The translations under genes were made by a program, and so were the position numbers. DNA of 64,000 nucleotides from Vicugna vicugna (lineage: Eukaryota), in assembly GCA_013265495.1 (NCBI GenBank), contig MU057487.1, forward strand, positions 868,001 through 932,000, written 5' to 3'. Shown in pieces: positions 1-13,500 of this stretch. A model generated the notes under the pieces. It was not told the DNA's origin. It was given only the letters and a program-made list of their open reading frames with translations, and ran no database searches. The first letter of the stretch is position 1; each line of letters begins with the position of its first letter.

Positions 1-255
1 TGATGGTCCTATACTCATTAGAATTTCCTAAAGTGTATGAAAAATAGTAGAATGTATGATGAGAATGGAAACAGTCTGAAAAGCCTTTAAATTTTATCTT
101 ATCTTAGAATGGTGGTCCCATCATTCTCAGTTCCCTGTGTGACCTGCTTAGTTCCTGAGTTGGCTCAGCCAACACCCACATTTAGACTCGGCCAGTCCCT
201 GTGTGATTGACAGTGGTGCTCTGTACTGACAGATCATCACGTTGTAGTTCCTAGT

Positions 256-390
256 GAGGATGATCAAGTTATTTATCATCCAAACTGGGACACTCTGACA
301 GGGGAAGAGGGAGCACTATTAATAATTACGCCAGGGCTCTGAGCATAAACCAGGACTGCCCCAGGCAAACCAGAATATATAATTACTCTG
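256..390. mobile_element. MER94-like non-autonomous hAT (Blackjack) DNA transposon
   Basis: atttatcatccaaactgggacac...ctattaataattacgcc...taaaccaggactgccccaggcaaacc matches the recalled MER94 consensus; about 135 bp. Confidence 0.65.
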
Positions 391-1373
391 GTCTTTGTTT
401 TTGCCATTATTTTCAAAAGCTTTTAAAAATCTCTTCAAATATAAACCTATCATTTTCTTTCCACCACCAAAGACCAGTGAGCAAATGGAGCAGCTGAACC
501 CTATTCTCTCACCGTGAGGAGCTCTATGGCTTTGCTTCCCACTGACAGTACAATTAAACCAGCCACCTTCTGGAAGCCAAGAACACCTCTAGCTCTGTCT
601 GGACCTCTAACAGAGACCCATTGTCTATGGCCATTTATAGCTTCCATCCCAGCTAATACCCAAGATGTTATACAAGAGACTTTAGATTCCTGATGCTAGT
701 GAGGCTGGTTCTGGTTCCTGGCAGAGTGGGAGGTACAAGACCCAGATGATTCTCTCATCACTTCCATCATGTTCTGGAATATTCCACAGCCTTCCAGGGG
801 GCAATCATGGAGAAACCTCAGCTGCACACACCCCTCCCTCAGGCACCAGAAATAAAGTAGCAGGAAAACTCTGGCGCTCTCCCCTTCGTCATAACCTGTG
901 TTTTTAGGGCTTTATTTTACTCATCTTTTCTAAATTCATTCCTCACTTTAAACTCCATTCCAGTATTGATTTTCTGCATCAACCCCAGACCTTCAGTGGC
1001 TTCCACCCAGTTTTATTGCTAGTTTGCCTGCTTCTAGTTTTCTCACCCTTATAGCTTGAATTTTGGTTCTAATTTCCCACCTATAAACTTCAGTTACTCC
1101 CTAGACCAGGAGTTAGGTTCTCTGTCAACTAAGAACTTCAGATAATCTTGGGCACCTTTGAGAGACATCTTTCATGGTTGACCTGGAATGGGCTCCCCTG
1201 CCTGGGTGCCACATACCATGAGCCGTACTGGCCCCCTTTTAAAGAAGGATTCAATCTAGCCAACAATGGACTGCAATATTTTATGCTACTTTTTTGCCTA
1301 TTTCTTTTTTTTATGGAATTTATTTTAAAAGTTGCTTTTGCTACTGGTACTTACATTATTTTTACATTTATAG

Positions 1374-1508
1374 ACTAATGTTTAAAAGCAAGTGCAGGTC
1401 TATGGAATCTTACCCATGCTATCAAGATGAAGACACTAAGATTGCTTTTGCTGACTATACAGTGACTTATGCAGACCAACCACCAAATACTTGGTTTATA
1501 GTATTCAG
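1374..1508 (+). CDS. ADGB: ADGB exon 1 of 13 in window (135 nt; [22 protein letters not shown]...WFIVFR)
   Basis: Acceptor tttatag|A CTA ATG; donor TTC AG|gtgagg; phase 2 in and out. Confidence 0.93.
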
Positions 1509-4500
1509 GTGAGGCTATCATATGTTAGCAAGTGATTTCACCCTTAACTGGCATGAAATAGTCATATACATAGAGCTTTATTTGTGATAGTAGTAAAAAT
1601 ATGAACATTTAAGTTGCTTTCAGAGCTTAAATTTTCTTCCATATCTGCTATGCATAAATGAGATTATAGAAAATTTTTTTATTCATATTTCTTTAAACAA
1701 TATATGAGGAATGTGAACTTACTTATTAGGTCTTTTTATGAGTGTGGTAAACATAATATAGTAAATTTATATACTTTCAGTATATAAATAAATCATTTAA
1801 ATTCTGAGCAACAGCATATTAGGTAAAAGTCACAAATTACTTATAAAATGGGTTTCTTAAAGGGTTTGCATTTACATGACCAAGTAGTATATTAATAATA
1901 ATTTTAAAGGAAAACTGTGTACATTTAAGTTATTTGCAACTTTAAACTTTTTTATTTCTTAGCATCAAACCTGATTTCGAACTTTCTTTGTGACTTATGT
2001 CAAGGGAAAGTTCACGCTTTTGTCATTACAGAGAAACATTTTTGGTTCCTCAAGATATGATTTTGGTTCCCAAAGTATATACTACACTTCCAGTCTGTAT
2101 GCTCCATGTTGTTAACAATGACACAATGGAACAAGTGCCAAAGGTGTTCCAAAAAGTGGTGCCTTATCTTTATACTAAGAACAAGGTAGGTGTAAAATTT
2201 ATTCTCCCCGTGTAATAGAATGACAGCGAGAAGCCAGCACCCTGAAAGGTTCCAGGAGAAGTTAGAACAGACGTGGTTTCAACCTACGTAATAAAGGAAT
2301 AGGGTCCTGGTCTTCTCTGCAGTAGTTTCATGTATTTGACAGCAAGAGGTACTTAACGTGAGTGCTAGAACATTCACCTTTTTACCCACTTCTTATCTTT
2401 ATTCCAAAGAAAATATGACAAAAGGAAAACATTAGAAATTCCCATAATTAAAATCATAAAATCATACAAACTCCTAAAATGAAAATGGAGGTAGAGAGCA
2501 CATGTAGTCCTGTTCCCTAATCCAGATCAGCAGGCTGTGTTAGTTTCTCACTGGCTTCTTTATTCCATTCCTAAATATGTCAGAACATTGTGATTACACA
2601 GCCACTCACCCCACCCCCAGCCTTTCCTAGGGCTACCCAGATTCCTTCAAGCATAGACACTCCTGGAATATTTCTCCTGCTGAATGACAGACCCTGATCT
2701 TTGATATTCACTCAAATCATGTTGTCTCTCTTTATTTTAATCTCATTTTTGAGTTTCTAGTCATTTCTTCTAAGAGAAAAAGCATGTTTTTCATCTTAAA
2801 TTCCACTTGTTCATTGTTGATCTACTTTAGAGATTTTAGAGTTTTAGGAAACTTTTAAAAAACCAGGGCAATTTATATCTATATATAGAAATATGTGGGT
2901 ATATATAAGTATTTTTAAAACTTTCTATTTTACTAGTGAGTTTTTTCACTATTTCATTATAATTAGGAAATTCTCATATATTTTATTAAAAATTTGTAAC
3001 TTTTTCCATTATTTTTCATGAGATACAAACTTTCTCAGTATTCCACTGATTTTACTAAATTTGAAGATATTATCAAATTATAAATTAGACTTACGTTAGT
3101 TTTAGTTATCTTAATTTTACACATTTAATTCACATTTACTTTTTATCAGAAAATCTGACAGTGTTCTTGTGTTTAGTTATATATATATTTAGAATTATAT
3201 ACTTAAATGTAATTTTTAAAAACTTAAAATCGGTGCACCAATTTATCATTTTTCTAATTGCTTTTGAAAAAGCATTTATATTATACTTGAAAATGGAATA
3301 ATTTGCTAGTAAAAATTAATTTCTATACATCAAACACATACTTACAAACTGAATTTACTTGACTCTAATACAATTTGACCCTCCATACAACTTCTTTTTG
3401 CAGTATATTTATTCTCCTCTGTGTCCTAGTAAATAGCAATTTATTAAAAATTACACTGTGAGAAACACATTGATAAACTTTGCCTCTCTCCAGCAGAATA
3501 TCTTGGGTTGAACCAAACACTACAGGAGGCAACTGGGTTTTTTGTTAACAAACTCATCTTCACACTAGTAATAATTGATGGGGTTTTTTTAAAATGTTTG
3601 TCAAGTCTGACCTAGATTTCCTTTTGAATACAAAAATTTTAGGTCAACTTTTTCAGTGTATGTCCACTGAGCATACAGTATCTAAGGTTAAAAAAGAAAT
3701 AAAACATAAGGTTACACAGTTAATTCTTCGGATTTGCTTGATGTATTTTTTTCATAATTTTTCGAAGACCATAACCTGTGATTTGTAATACTTATCTACA
3801 AGGTTTCTCAGTATTCGGTTCTCTATAATATTACTCTTTTATTCCAGAGTCTTGAAGTCATTTAGAATAACCAGATCCTCTCTTAAAATCCTATCACTGA
3901 TTTAGCTTTAGACTTTCACTTACCAATATCTATCTTACCATTTTATCAATCTTTTATTCTCTCTCAGAATTGTTTCCTGAATCTAGAGAAGCATAAAATC
4001 GGAGTCATGTAGTTTTGTTTTGCTTCTTTAATACATTAATACTACAAGCTCAAATAATAACAAAAATAGCAATAAATCTGCACTTTGCAGGTAAAAATAC
4101 TTTAGCATGCATGATTTGTCTTCCTTCTGTCCTTGCCCCAAACATAATGTCAGAGGTTCTTATGGATGTTGAAATTCTGATCTCATTATGAGTATTGGAA
4201 TTTTGATTCATATTCCTGGATTTTTATTGCAGTGTCATGAATTCATTCTGTCTTGTATATTTTAAATTTTTGTTTCTGGAATTCTAAATGCATCAGAGGG
4301 CTTCCTCTGCATCAGAGAGCAACTGGAGTACAAATCTATATTTTTCTGCCTTGTTAGAAGTGTCTGGAATGATAAACTCAGAATTACTTTGCATTTTTGT
4401 ATGTTATCACTTTCCCGGGTTCCTTAAATGCTTCTTTTCTCCTACGTAAAGAGCTCATCTCCAGACTCATACCTGGGTTCCATGGAACCAGATCTGCTGC

Positions 4501-7500
4501 TGATTTCTTAGCCTTACCTGCCAAGTGTCATCCCAAGGGAACTGCATTTCCATCACCTCTTCTTCCTTTTTCATCTCGTATTTAGAAAGATGATTCTGAG
4601 AAGACAAGGAAATCAAGTAGGAAGCTATTGGGCTAATCCAGGATGACGCAATGATAAAAGATCTCCCTTGGGAAGCATTAGAAGGAATCATAGTAATCCT
4701 CTACACAGTTAAGCATCATTTTATAGCCAGGGAACCATTCAAACAAAAGTGTTAGTTTTCCATTTTCTCCCAAAACATGTAAGGTGACACTTTTTAAAAG
4801 GGGTTTTAAAACATAATGCTAGTGATTTGTCGATTATCGAGAAATTTTGGGATCTTTAAGTATATGAAGATAATAAAGTATTTTAATACTGTGAAATCAT
4901 ATATTGTACCTTTGAGAGACTAATAACAATGTAACTTCCATGTAATTCTTCTTTCCTATAGAAAGGATATACATTCGTGGCTGAAGCATATACTGGTGAC
5001 ATGTACGTGCCATCATCACGATGGAAACTGCGCCTCATTGGTTCTTATCATCCACTCCCATTCTTGTGTCGAGACTCTCCTTGTAACACCTTTGCCGTAA
5101 AGGAAATCAGAGATTACTACATACCCAATGATAAGAAAATCGTATTCAGGTACGTGACAGAAAGGAAATCCATTCCTTTTAAAATATTAATGTTCTTGCT
5201 ATATTAAATATTTCACCTTAAATGTAAATATTTTATTTTAAATATTAATATTATTTAAAATAATAAATTCTGTAGTAAAATTCTAAGTGAATTTTGAGCT
5301 TCAATTTTATACTCTTTTCGAGAGTAATGTGATTGTATAAATGTTTATTTAGGATCAAGCCTATGTTGCATGTAAGGATAATTTTTTCTTAGTCCTCTTC
5401 TTATTTGATTTTCACTAAATATTCTTGATAACACTCTTTCCTCTGAATACTCTCTCTTTGTTCTGCTCCATCTCTGACTGTTCTTTTGTAATTCTCTTGT
5501 GTGGGTTTCTCCTCTGCCAACTCATCCTTCTCTTCATGTTTATCTGTGTATTCTCCATGAATAGCTGCATCATGGACCCCACTCTCTTCCATTAATCAGC
5601 ACTTTTGATTCTAATTCCCACGTATTTCTCATCTCTATGCACTCCCCTTTATTATCAATGTCGTCCACCACGTCAGGGCCTTATTATATTTCGTTTATAG
5701 AAACGCCGTTTCTGGAATCCATGTCTCCCTTATATCCACTTTTCCTCTTACTCTCTCTTTCTCTCCCTCTCCTTATTCATTTACACATCCACGTTTACTA
5801 CCAGAGTAGTTACTTTTCTAACACAGACATTTAAATATGTGATTTCCCTTCCTTAAAATTTTTGACAACTTGCCATTGGCTGTAGGATAAAATCCAAACC
5901 ACAAACTCTCATGCCCAGACAACCCAACACATGGCACACTGTCTCGGTGGAGCTAAGGACCAACTCCTGACATATATGTGATGTGATTTTATCTTGCTCA
6001 TGCCTTTCTTCTGTCTAGTTATATCCTGTCTCTATTTCTCCACCTAGCAAAATTTAATACTCTTAATGATAATTTTCAACAGTCAAATCTTTTGCACTTA
6101 AACCTCCAAATATAATTAGTTGATCCTGGTCATGTTTCTATATATAGTCTTTTGTTCTTTCTGAGAATATGACATATCAAGTTTTATCTGGTTAATTTCA
6201 CATCAGCCTCCATGCAAATTAACATCTATTGGAGGTAGGAACCGTGTCTTATAAAAGACATATTGATAAATGCCTGATACATAATTGGCCTTCATTAAAT
6301 ATTGTTAAATGTTCATGAAATGTTATTAAATGAGTTGCTAGAACACTAGTCTTCTCTTTTTCATATATATTGTTTTACACGGAAAATTTGGAAAATATTT
6401 AAATATATTATTAAGGAAATAAAGATCACCCATAATCAAACAACCTAGAAACAATCATTGTTAGTATTCTGTACTATTTCTTAGATATAGTTTAACATTA
6501 TTAAAATCATAACATAATTAAAGTTTTGTAATCTGACCTTTTTACTTAACATTACGGTATTAACATTTTCAATGTCATTAAGACATTTTGTGAATTGTTT
6601 TTCATGATTATCTAATAATCACTTATATGAATATGTAAGACATTTGGTTATTGGTTTCTCCTATTGTTACAAATTTCCTTTTCTACTTTTTCTGTAGTAT
6701 TAATAGAGATGTGATAGGTATATTTTGTTGTAAATATTAAATAAATTTTCTGATTATTGTCTAAGGATTTATTATTTTAAAGAGATTATATGTTTTAAAG
6801 ACACCATACATGTTGGTAAGTTGGCTTTCAAAGGGGAAACCTAAGTCTTTTTGACAATATGTACATAAATAACAATTCATTGTAATCTGGCTGATTTGTC
6901 CCTATTATTCTTATTTATTTGTTCTTTAAAACATTTTTCCTTTTAACAAACATGTACACATTTTTGTAATGAAAAATAACAACAAAATTAAATTACAGAA
7001 CAATATATACTGTATATCTCAAATATATTTCTTATGTTTATATTTGTTTATGTATTTTATATATAGGTAAAAGTTTAGAGAAAATACTAAATGTAAACCC
7101 ATAAACTGAGGGCAGTAGAAAGGTTGAAGAAATCTCTTTCTAACCTGTCCACTTCTTGTAATATATTTGCTTACTGCCTATTAGAAAGAAAGCAAGAAAA
7201 AAAAAATGGAGAGAAGGAAGGAAATGTGGCAGTAACTAAAAATAACAACTGTGATGAAGTATTTTAACTACTGTGATAGGAAACCACTGTGTCACATAGC
7301 AGGACCACTAATAGATAGACTCAGATGTGATATTGAATCAAATATCTAAATTTGTCCCAGTAGCTGGTCCCAAAGCTGTCAAGCTGCGTAGGGAAAGGTG
7401 AGGAGAGAACAGCATGACCAGCCCATGTGAAAGTTCAGAAATTATACAGTATATGACTTTTTCAGGGACCTAAAGGCATTTGTTCTGTTTACACAGTGGG

Positions 7501-10500
7501 GTTCTAGGGTGCTATAGCAGGCACTAAGACACAGAGGTTGGCAGGGCTCTTTCCTGAAGGACCTCATAAGGCAAGAGATTTAGATTTTACCATAGAGGCA
7601 ATGAGATGCTATGGAGGGTTTTAAGAAAAGTCACATTCATAGACTTGTGTTAAAACATTATGGCTGCAAAGTAGACTTGAAAAAGCACTCTAAATCTAAT
7701 TTCTAAGAACAGAAAAAAATATTAGAACCGTCTTATTGTGAAGTTATATGTAATCATGAAAGGTACAGACTATGAAAAAAAAGCTCAGAAGACTGCAGTG
7801 TGTTGAATGGACAAAGGGGAACAACTGGAATCAGGGAAGGAAACCAGCCAGACAGACGCTTCAGAATACTCCAGGTGTGTGATCCTGGCAACCTGAAATA
7901 AGTCAGTGTGTTAGTCCGTGAGGGCTGCCATGACAAAGGCCACAAGCTGGCAAAGTAGATGTCTTAACAGAAATTTATTGTCTCACAGTCCTGGATGCTA
8001 GAAGCCTGAAATCAAAGTGTCAGCTGGATTGGTTCCTCCTGAGGGCTGTGAGGGAGAAAATACTCCAGGCTTTCTGCCAGCTTTAGAGGGTTCTGCTGAC
8101 TGGCGTTCTTTGACTTGCAGATTTGTCACGGTGGTCTTCGAGCTCATCTTCACACAGCATTCTCCTTGTGTCTCTATTTCCAAATATCCCCTTTTTATAA
8201 CGACCTCATTTTAACTTGATTATCTCTGGGAGATAGTATCTCAAGGAATGATGACATTGAGTGGTGCTGGGGGTTAGGACACCAACATAAGTTTAATAGG
8301 GGGACACAGTTTAACCCATATCAGGCAGTGACAGTGAGCCCAGAGAAGAGAGAAAGATTTTAAGATATCAAGGAAGTAAAACTGCCAGCCTTGGTTGGTT
8401 GGGACCCTTGGGATTTGACTTGGAGGACTGTTGGGCAGTGTCATTTACCTAGATAGGTTACAGGAAGAGGACCCCATTTGCCAGTTGAGCAACAGAAAAA
8501 CCATTAATTCACTTTTAGGTGTTCAATATGGTAAACCTGTGAAGTGTCCCTGTGACACTGCATGGGGAGTAGGGCTGGAGACATAGATTTGGAAATCATT
8601 ATTTTGTTTCTGCTCATGGAAGCACCCAGGAAAGTTTGTACAAAGAGGATCGGATCCAGAACAGAATATTAAGATTCTCTGACATTTATGGGAATGTCAA
8701 AGTGAAAGAAGTCTAAAATAAAGCACCCCTAAAATAGGAGGTACAAAAGTTGTTATGCTCATAGGGGAAGAAGTTTTTGAAAAAGAGAAAATGAGGGTTG
8801 ATTCAACCTTGTCAAATTCTCCTGAGAGGTCAGGGAGGATGAGAACTGAGGTTTCTGTAGGGTGGCGACGAGCTTCCAGAAACTGGCAAGAGCAAGTTGA
8901 GCACCATGGTTGGGGGCAAAATGAACTGTCGTGAGGAGTGGGAGGGGAGGAGCCGAGGACAGTGCAAGTGGACAACTCTGCTTAGATTGTGAGCTGGGGA
9001 GTGAAATAGAGCTGAGGCTAGATGGCAGGATTGACTGAAGATTTTTTTTTTTTTTGGTTTGTGTTTTGTTTTGATTTGATCTGTTTTTAAATGGGTGAGA
9101 CCTGCGCAGCTACAAAAGCCAATGACCAGGAGGAATACAGTGGGGAAATTTAAGATACAGAAGAGAGAAGATAGTCAGAAAAGCAAATTTCTAGAAAAGC
9201 TGAAAGTTTATAGGGTCTTGAGCATTTGCAAGGATTCACCAAAAATAGGAGAAAGCCCCCTAAACAGGAAACCTCTTCAACTATGTTAAGGAAAGAGATG
9301 GAAAGGAATTAGATTGCACATTTCCAGTCTTCCTGCAAGACGTTCCCAACTGCCGTGGTTAAAACGTGAGAGTGCAGGTGACAGGTACTACTTTTGATTT
9401 CTCTGTATTTTTGTGAATCAAAGAGAACGTTGTTACCAGCGAAATTTTGAAAACTACTGCTAGGTGTGCTCTTTGTCCGACTGGAGAGGAAGGTGTCATG
9501 GTTCGATGTGACAGTAGTTTGCAGTCTATAAAGTTTTATAAGTGAATGCTTATCATATCTAAACAAAAAGTTACATTTCCTGTTTGGCATGTGATGATAA
9601 TAAACTTCCTGTGCTTACTTCATTTTACCATAGCATATTGGGATCTTTTGCCAAAGTCTTTATTTCCAGGATTTTAGCTGACTTTACAAAGTGGTTTTAT
9701 TTGTAGATTATCATATCAGCAAATGATACAGTTTCCTTTATTGATTTGGGGGAAAGACCAACATCCTGGCTTCTAAAGGCGAATGTTTTTCTTTATAGGT
9801 ATTCACTTAAGGTTGCATTACCACATCCTGTTACCATACAGGTGCGCATGTCCAAACCAGATGCGTTCGTCAAGCTACAGATCCTAGAAAATGAAGACGT
9901 TATCGTGAGCGCAACTGGGAAGGGCCAAGCTATAATTCCAGCAATTAACTGCTTGGGGGGTGAGAAAGCCTTGAGCTCCCAGTGTAAGTGTGGCTTTTAA
10001 AATTGGTTATTTAGTTTCATAAACAGATATTGATGTTTATGTAACTGATTTTAAAAATGTTTTCAGATAAAATAGCAAGTAAAGATTTAAATCAGTAAAA
10101 TTTGATATCCTAGGAAAATATTTTTAACAACTATTGCATTTGTATGCCAGATTAGTCTCGAAGATCAATAGATTTGTTATAACTATTCTTTAAAGATTTT
10201 CTTATTACATGAGCCTTCTTAGATTTCTGAATAAAAAATAGATTTTTACTATTTTGAAAGTTTTTCTCTTCTTTTATTCCCAATTCATTATTTTTAGAAG
10301 ATATTCTACTTATTAAAATTAAAGGAAACTTTAAAGTTACTAAAGTTACTACTTGTAATAGTTACAAGAGCTTTTAATTAATAAAATAAAATTAGTTCTG
10401 AAATAATGGACAACAGTGATACTGCGAGACACATTCAGTTATTTTAATAACTTGATTCTGACTATAAAAATAACATGTGCGCAATGTAGAAAATTTGAAA

Positions 10501-13500
10501 AATAGAAAATTATAAACAAGGCAACAGGAAATCCCTTGTATAAGCATGCTATCCAGAAAAAAATACTATTAGTGTTTTAGCCTTTTATGCCTCCATTGTC
10601 CTTTTACACATTCTCATGTCAAACAAAACTAGGATTTTACCAGTTTTGATCATTGGCATTTCTTCTTAAAATTCTAACTTTTTCTTATTTGTGGCATTGT
10701 TTGGAATCCCCAAACCTATGCTAAATAAATATACTTCCTTTTCTTAAATAGGAAGGCTTATAGCATTTACCATTAAGTATTATGTTTGTTGTTGACTTCT
10801 AATAATTGCCCTGTGTAACATTTAAGAAACTTTTCTCTATTGATAGCTGAGAATCTTAATATGGAATGAATTTGGAACTTCACTAATTACTTTTTTTGTT
10901 GTTTATAGAAATCATCAAATTTTACCCCTTTGAATTTCATAATTTTTAATTAGAATAATTCTTGAAATATAAACTATTCATCTATGATGTTTTAATACAA
11001 TCCTATGTGTAGAATACACTATTTTATTTAGTTTGTTAAATTATATTACTAACTGTATATCTTTTTGGGTGTTTTCCTCTCTCTGTGTGCACTACTTTTT
11101 CAGGTTCTCAAGTTAGAATTATGACAAATTTTTGAAATTAATTTGGAAAATTTCTAATTTTGGAAGCCATTTAAACACTACAGAAATCATTTTTTTAAGT
11201 TTTAAAGTTTAGTTTTAATTATCTTTTTAACAATTTCAATGGTTATTTTTCAAACTTTCTTTCATTTTTCCAATATATAGTTTTATTTAAAAGTGACAGT
11301 TTCATCTAGGATTTCAAATGTAACTGCCTATATTTATATACAAGATTCTTTAAAAATTTGTGAAGTTCTTCATAATTATTTCTAAATATTATTTTTATTT
11401 GTGTTTTTTAAAATATATTCTTTATCAGCCTTTTCAGATGTTTCCCTGTTTTTCCCTTAGAATGAACTCTTGGATTCATTAATGAAGACTAGTAGCTTTT
11501 TCACATTTGTAATCTATTGATCAATATTTATATTATCTTTAAAATTTTTCCTCTACTTTAAAAATTTAGTCTAATGTTCTTTATTCTACCTTCACCAGTT
11601 GAAAATTTAGTGTATGTCTTAAGTCTTGTTTTTAAATAAACATATTGATATACAATTTTCTAAGTATAGCTGTATATTACATTTAATAGCAAGCTACAAT
11701 GCCCATTTTCTGTGTAATATTGTTATAGTTGGCCATAATCTATGATTTAATTTGGTTTTCTCTGTAACTTTTTAACATTTTAGTATTTTTATAATTTTTA
11801 AATAATTGTTCTGGCTAGTCTTTTGTTGTTAATACATAATTAAGTTTTAAGGAGTTAGTGTGGCTTATGTATCTTCTATTTTGAGGATTGGATAGATGTT
11901 CTTCCTGTGGCCTGATTCAGATTAGTGTTGGTTAGGCTTACAATGAGGTTTATAAAAAACACTTATGCTTTATTTTGGAGGTAAATAACTTGATGTCAGA
12001 ATACATACACACACATATACATACTCTCTAATAAAAATAAAATGCTAACTGTGATACTTAAAAATTTCAATTTTCATTTTATCTTATTGGTATGTAAGTT
12101 TCTGTGAAAAATACATTAAGATCTCCTACTTTCTTTGTAAAATGTGTAAAACTTTATCTCTAATATTTTTCACTTCACATATTTCTATATTATGTTGCTA
12201 GTTGCATGAAGTTCTACATTTACTTTATATATATTTATCTGTTATATTTTTTAAATGAACATAAAGCAACCTTTTTTCACCTTTATAGGTGGTCTGATAT
12301 TAACACTGATTCTTTCATTTGTTATCATTTGCTTGTTCATTTTGGTTCATGCATCTAGTTTTTCAACTTGTCTCTTATAAATTGGTATTTTTTCCTATTC
12401 AGTTCAAGATTCTAGTCTCTGAAATGAGATAATGTAATCCATTTACATTTATTTTGATAAATATACTTTTTCTGAATCTTGCCATCATGTTTTATTTTAA
12501 AATTGATTATATTTTCTAGCTGACCTTTGCATAACTATGTGATGGCCAGGACTCCTCCTGAACTCTCATTAATCCCGATAGTGTTTAGCTGATTATCTCA
12601 AGCAGACAAGCAAGTTACTAAGTAGAACTGTTATCTTTACCTATTTTCTGTCTAATATTTATACATTTCTTTCTTTCTTTTTTTTTCCCCCTTTATAAAA
12701 TAGTTGCACTCAAGTCAGGGCTCTCTTTCTCCTCTCTTATTGATCCTGGAAACAGTGTGTGAGTTGTCATTGCAGGAAACATTCCTTTTCAATATGAATA
12801 CGAATTTGGAGGAGCAGAGAATTGAGAAGAAACCACGTTGTGATGACACAATTAGGGCACAGGCATCATGCTTTAGACACAGGGAGGTGGGAAATATCCT
12901 ATGTTATATTAGAAAGACGGAGCTTGGGTAAAGCTGCAAATTAAGCAGTTCTTTTGATCATGTCTCCTTTTCTCCCATCACTTCCCTTTCATTCATGACT
13001 TTCCCCTGGGTCGTTTTCAGAACTCAGTTCACATTACTGCTTTGTGGGTTTTCATTCCAATCTGCCTGCGCCTTTTATGTATTTTTACTCAGATAAGTTC
13101 ATATAATAAAAGACCAAATTTTTATATATTTTCCAGGTATGTTAAGACCATTAGGGTACTGTCAGGTTTTCCTAGCCCAAATGCTCTCTTACTCTTTAAG
13201 ATGACTTAAAAGTTTTCTTTTTTCTAATCCATTCTGTACAGGTTTCTTTTTACTTTACTTCACACAGGGATACCTTAAACTTCAGCAGGCACTAATGTGC
13301 AACTCTCCTATATTGTTTATAACCTCATGTTTTTTGTTCAAGTAACTATTTACCCTCAACATTACTCTCCAAATCTTTTGATTTATATTCATTGAGGCAA
13401 ACACTGTTTATAGTTTATCATATAGCTTATCATTATTTCACTTCAAAAATTACCATTAAAAAGAGAATTATGCACAAACATTTAAAGCACTGTTATGAGT

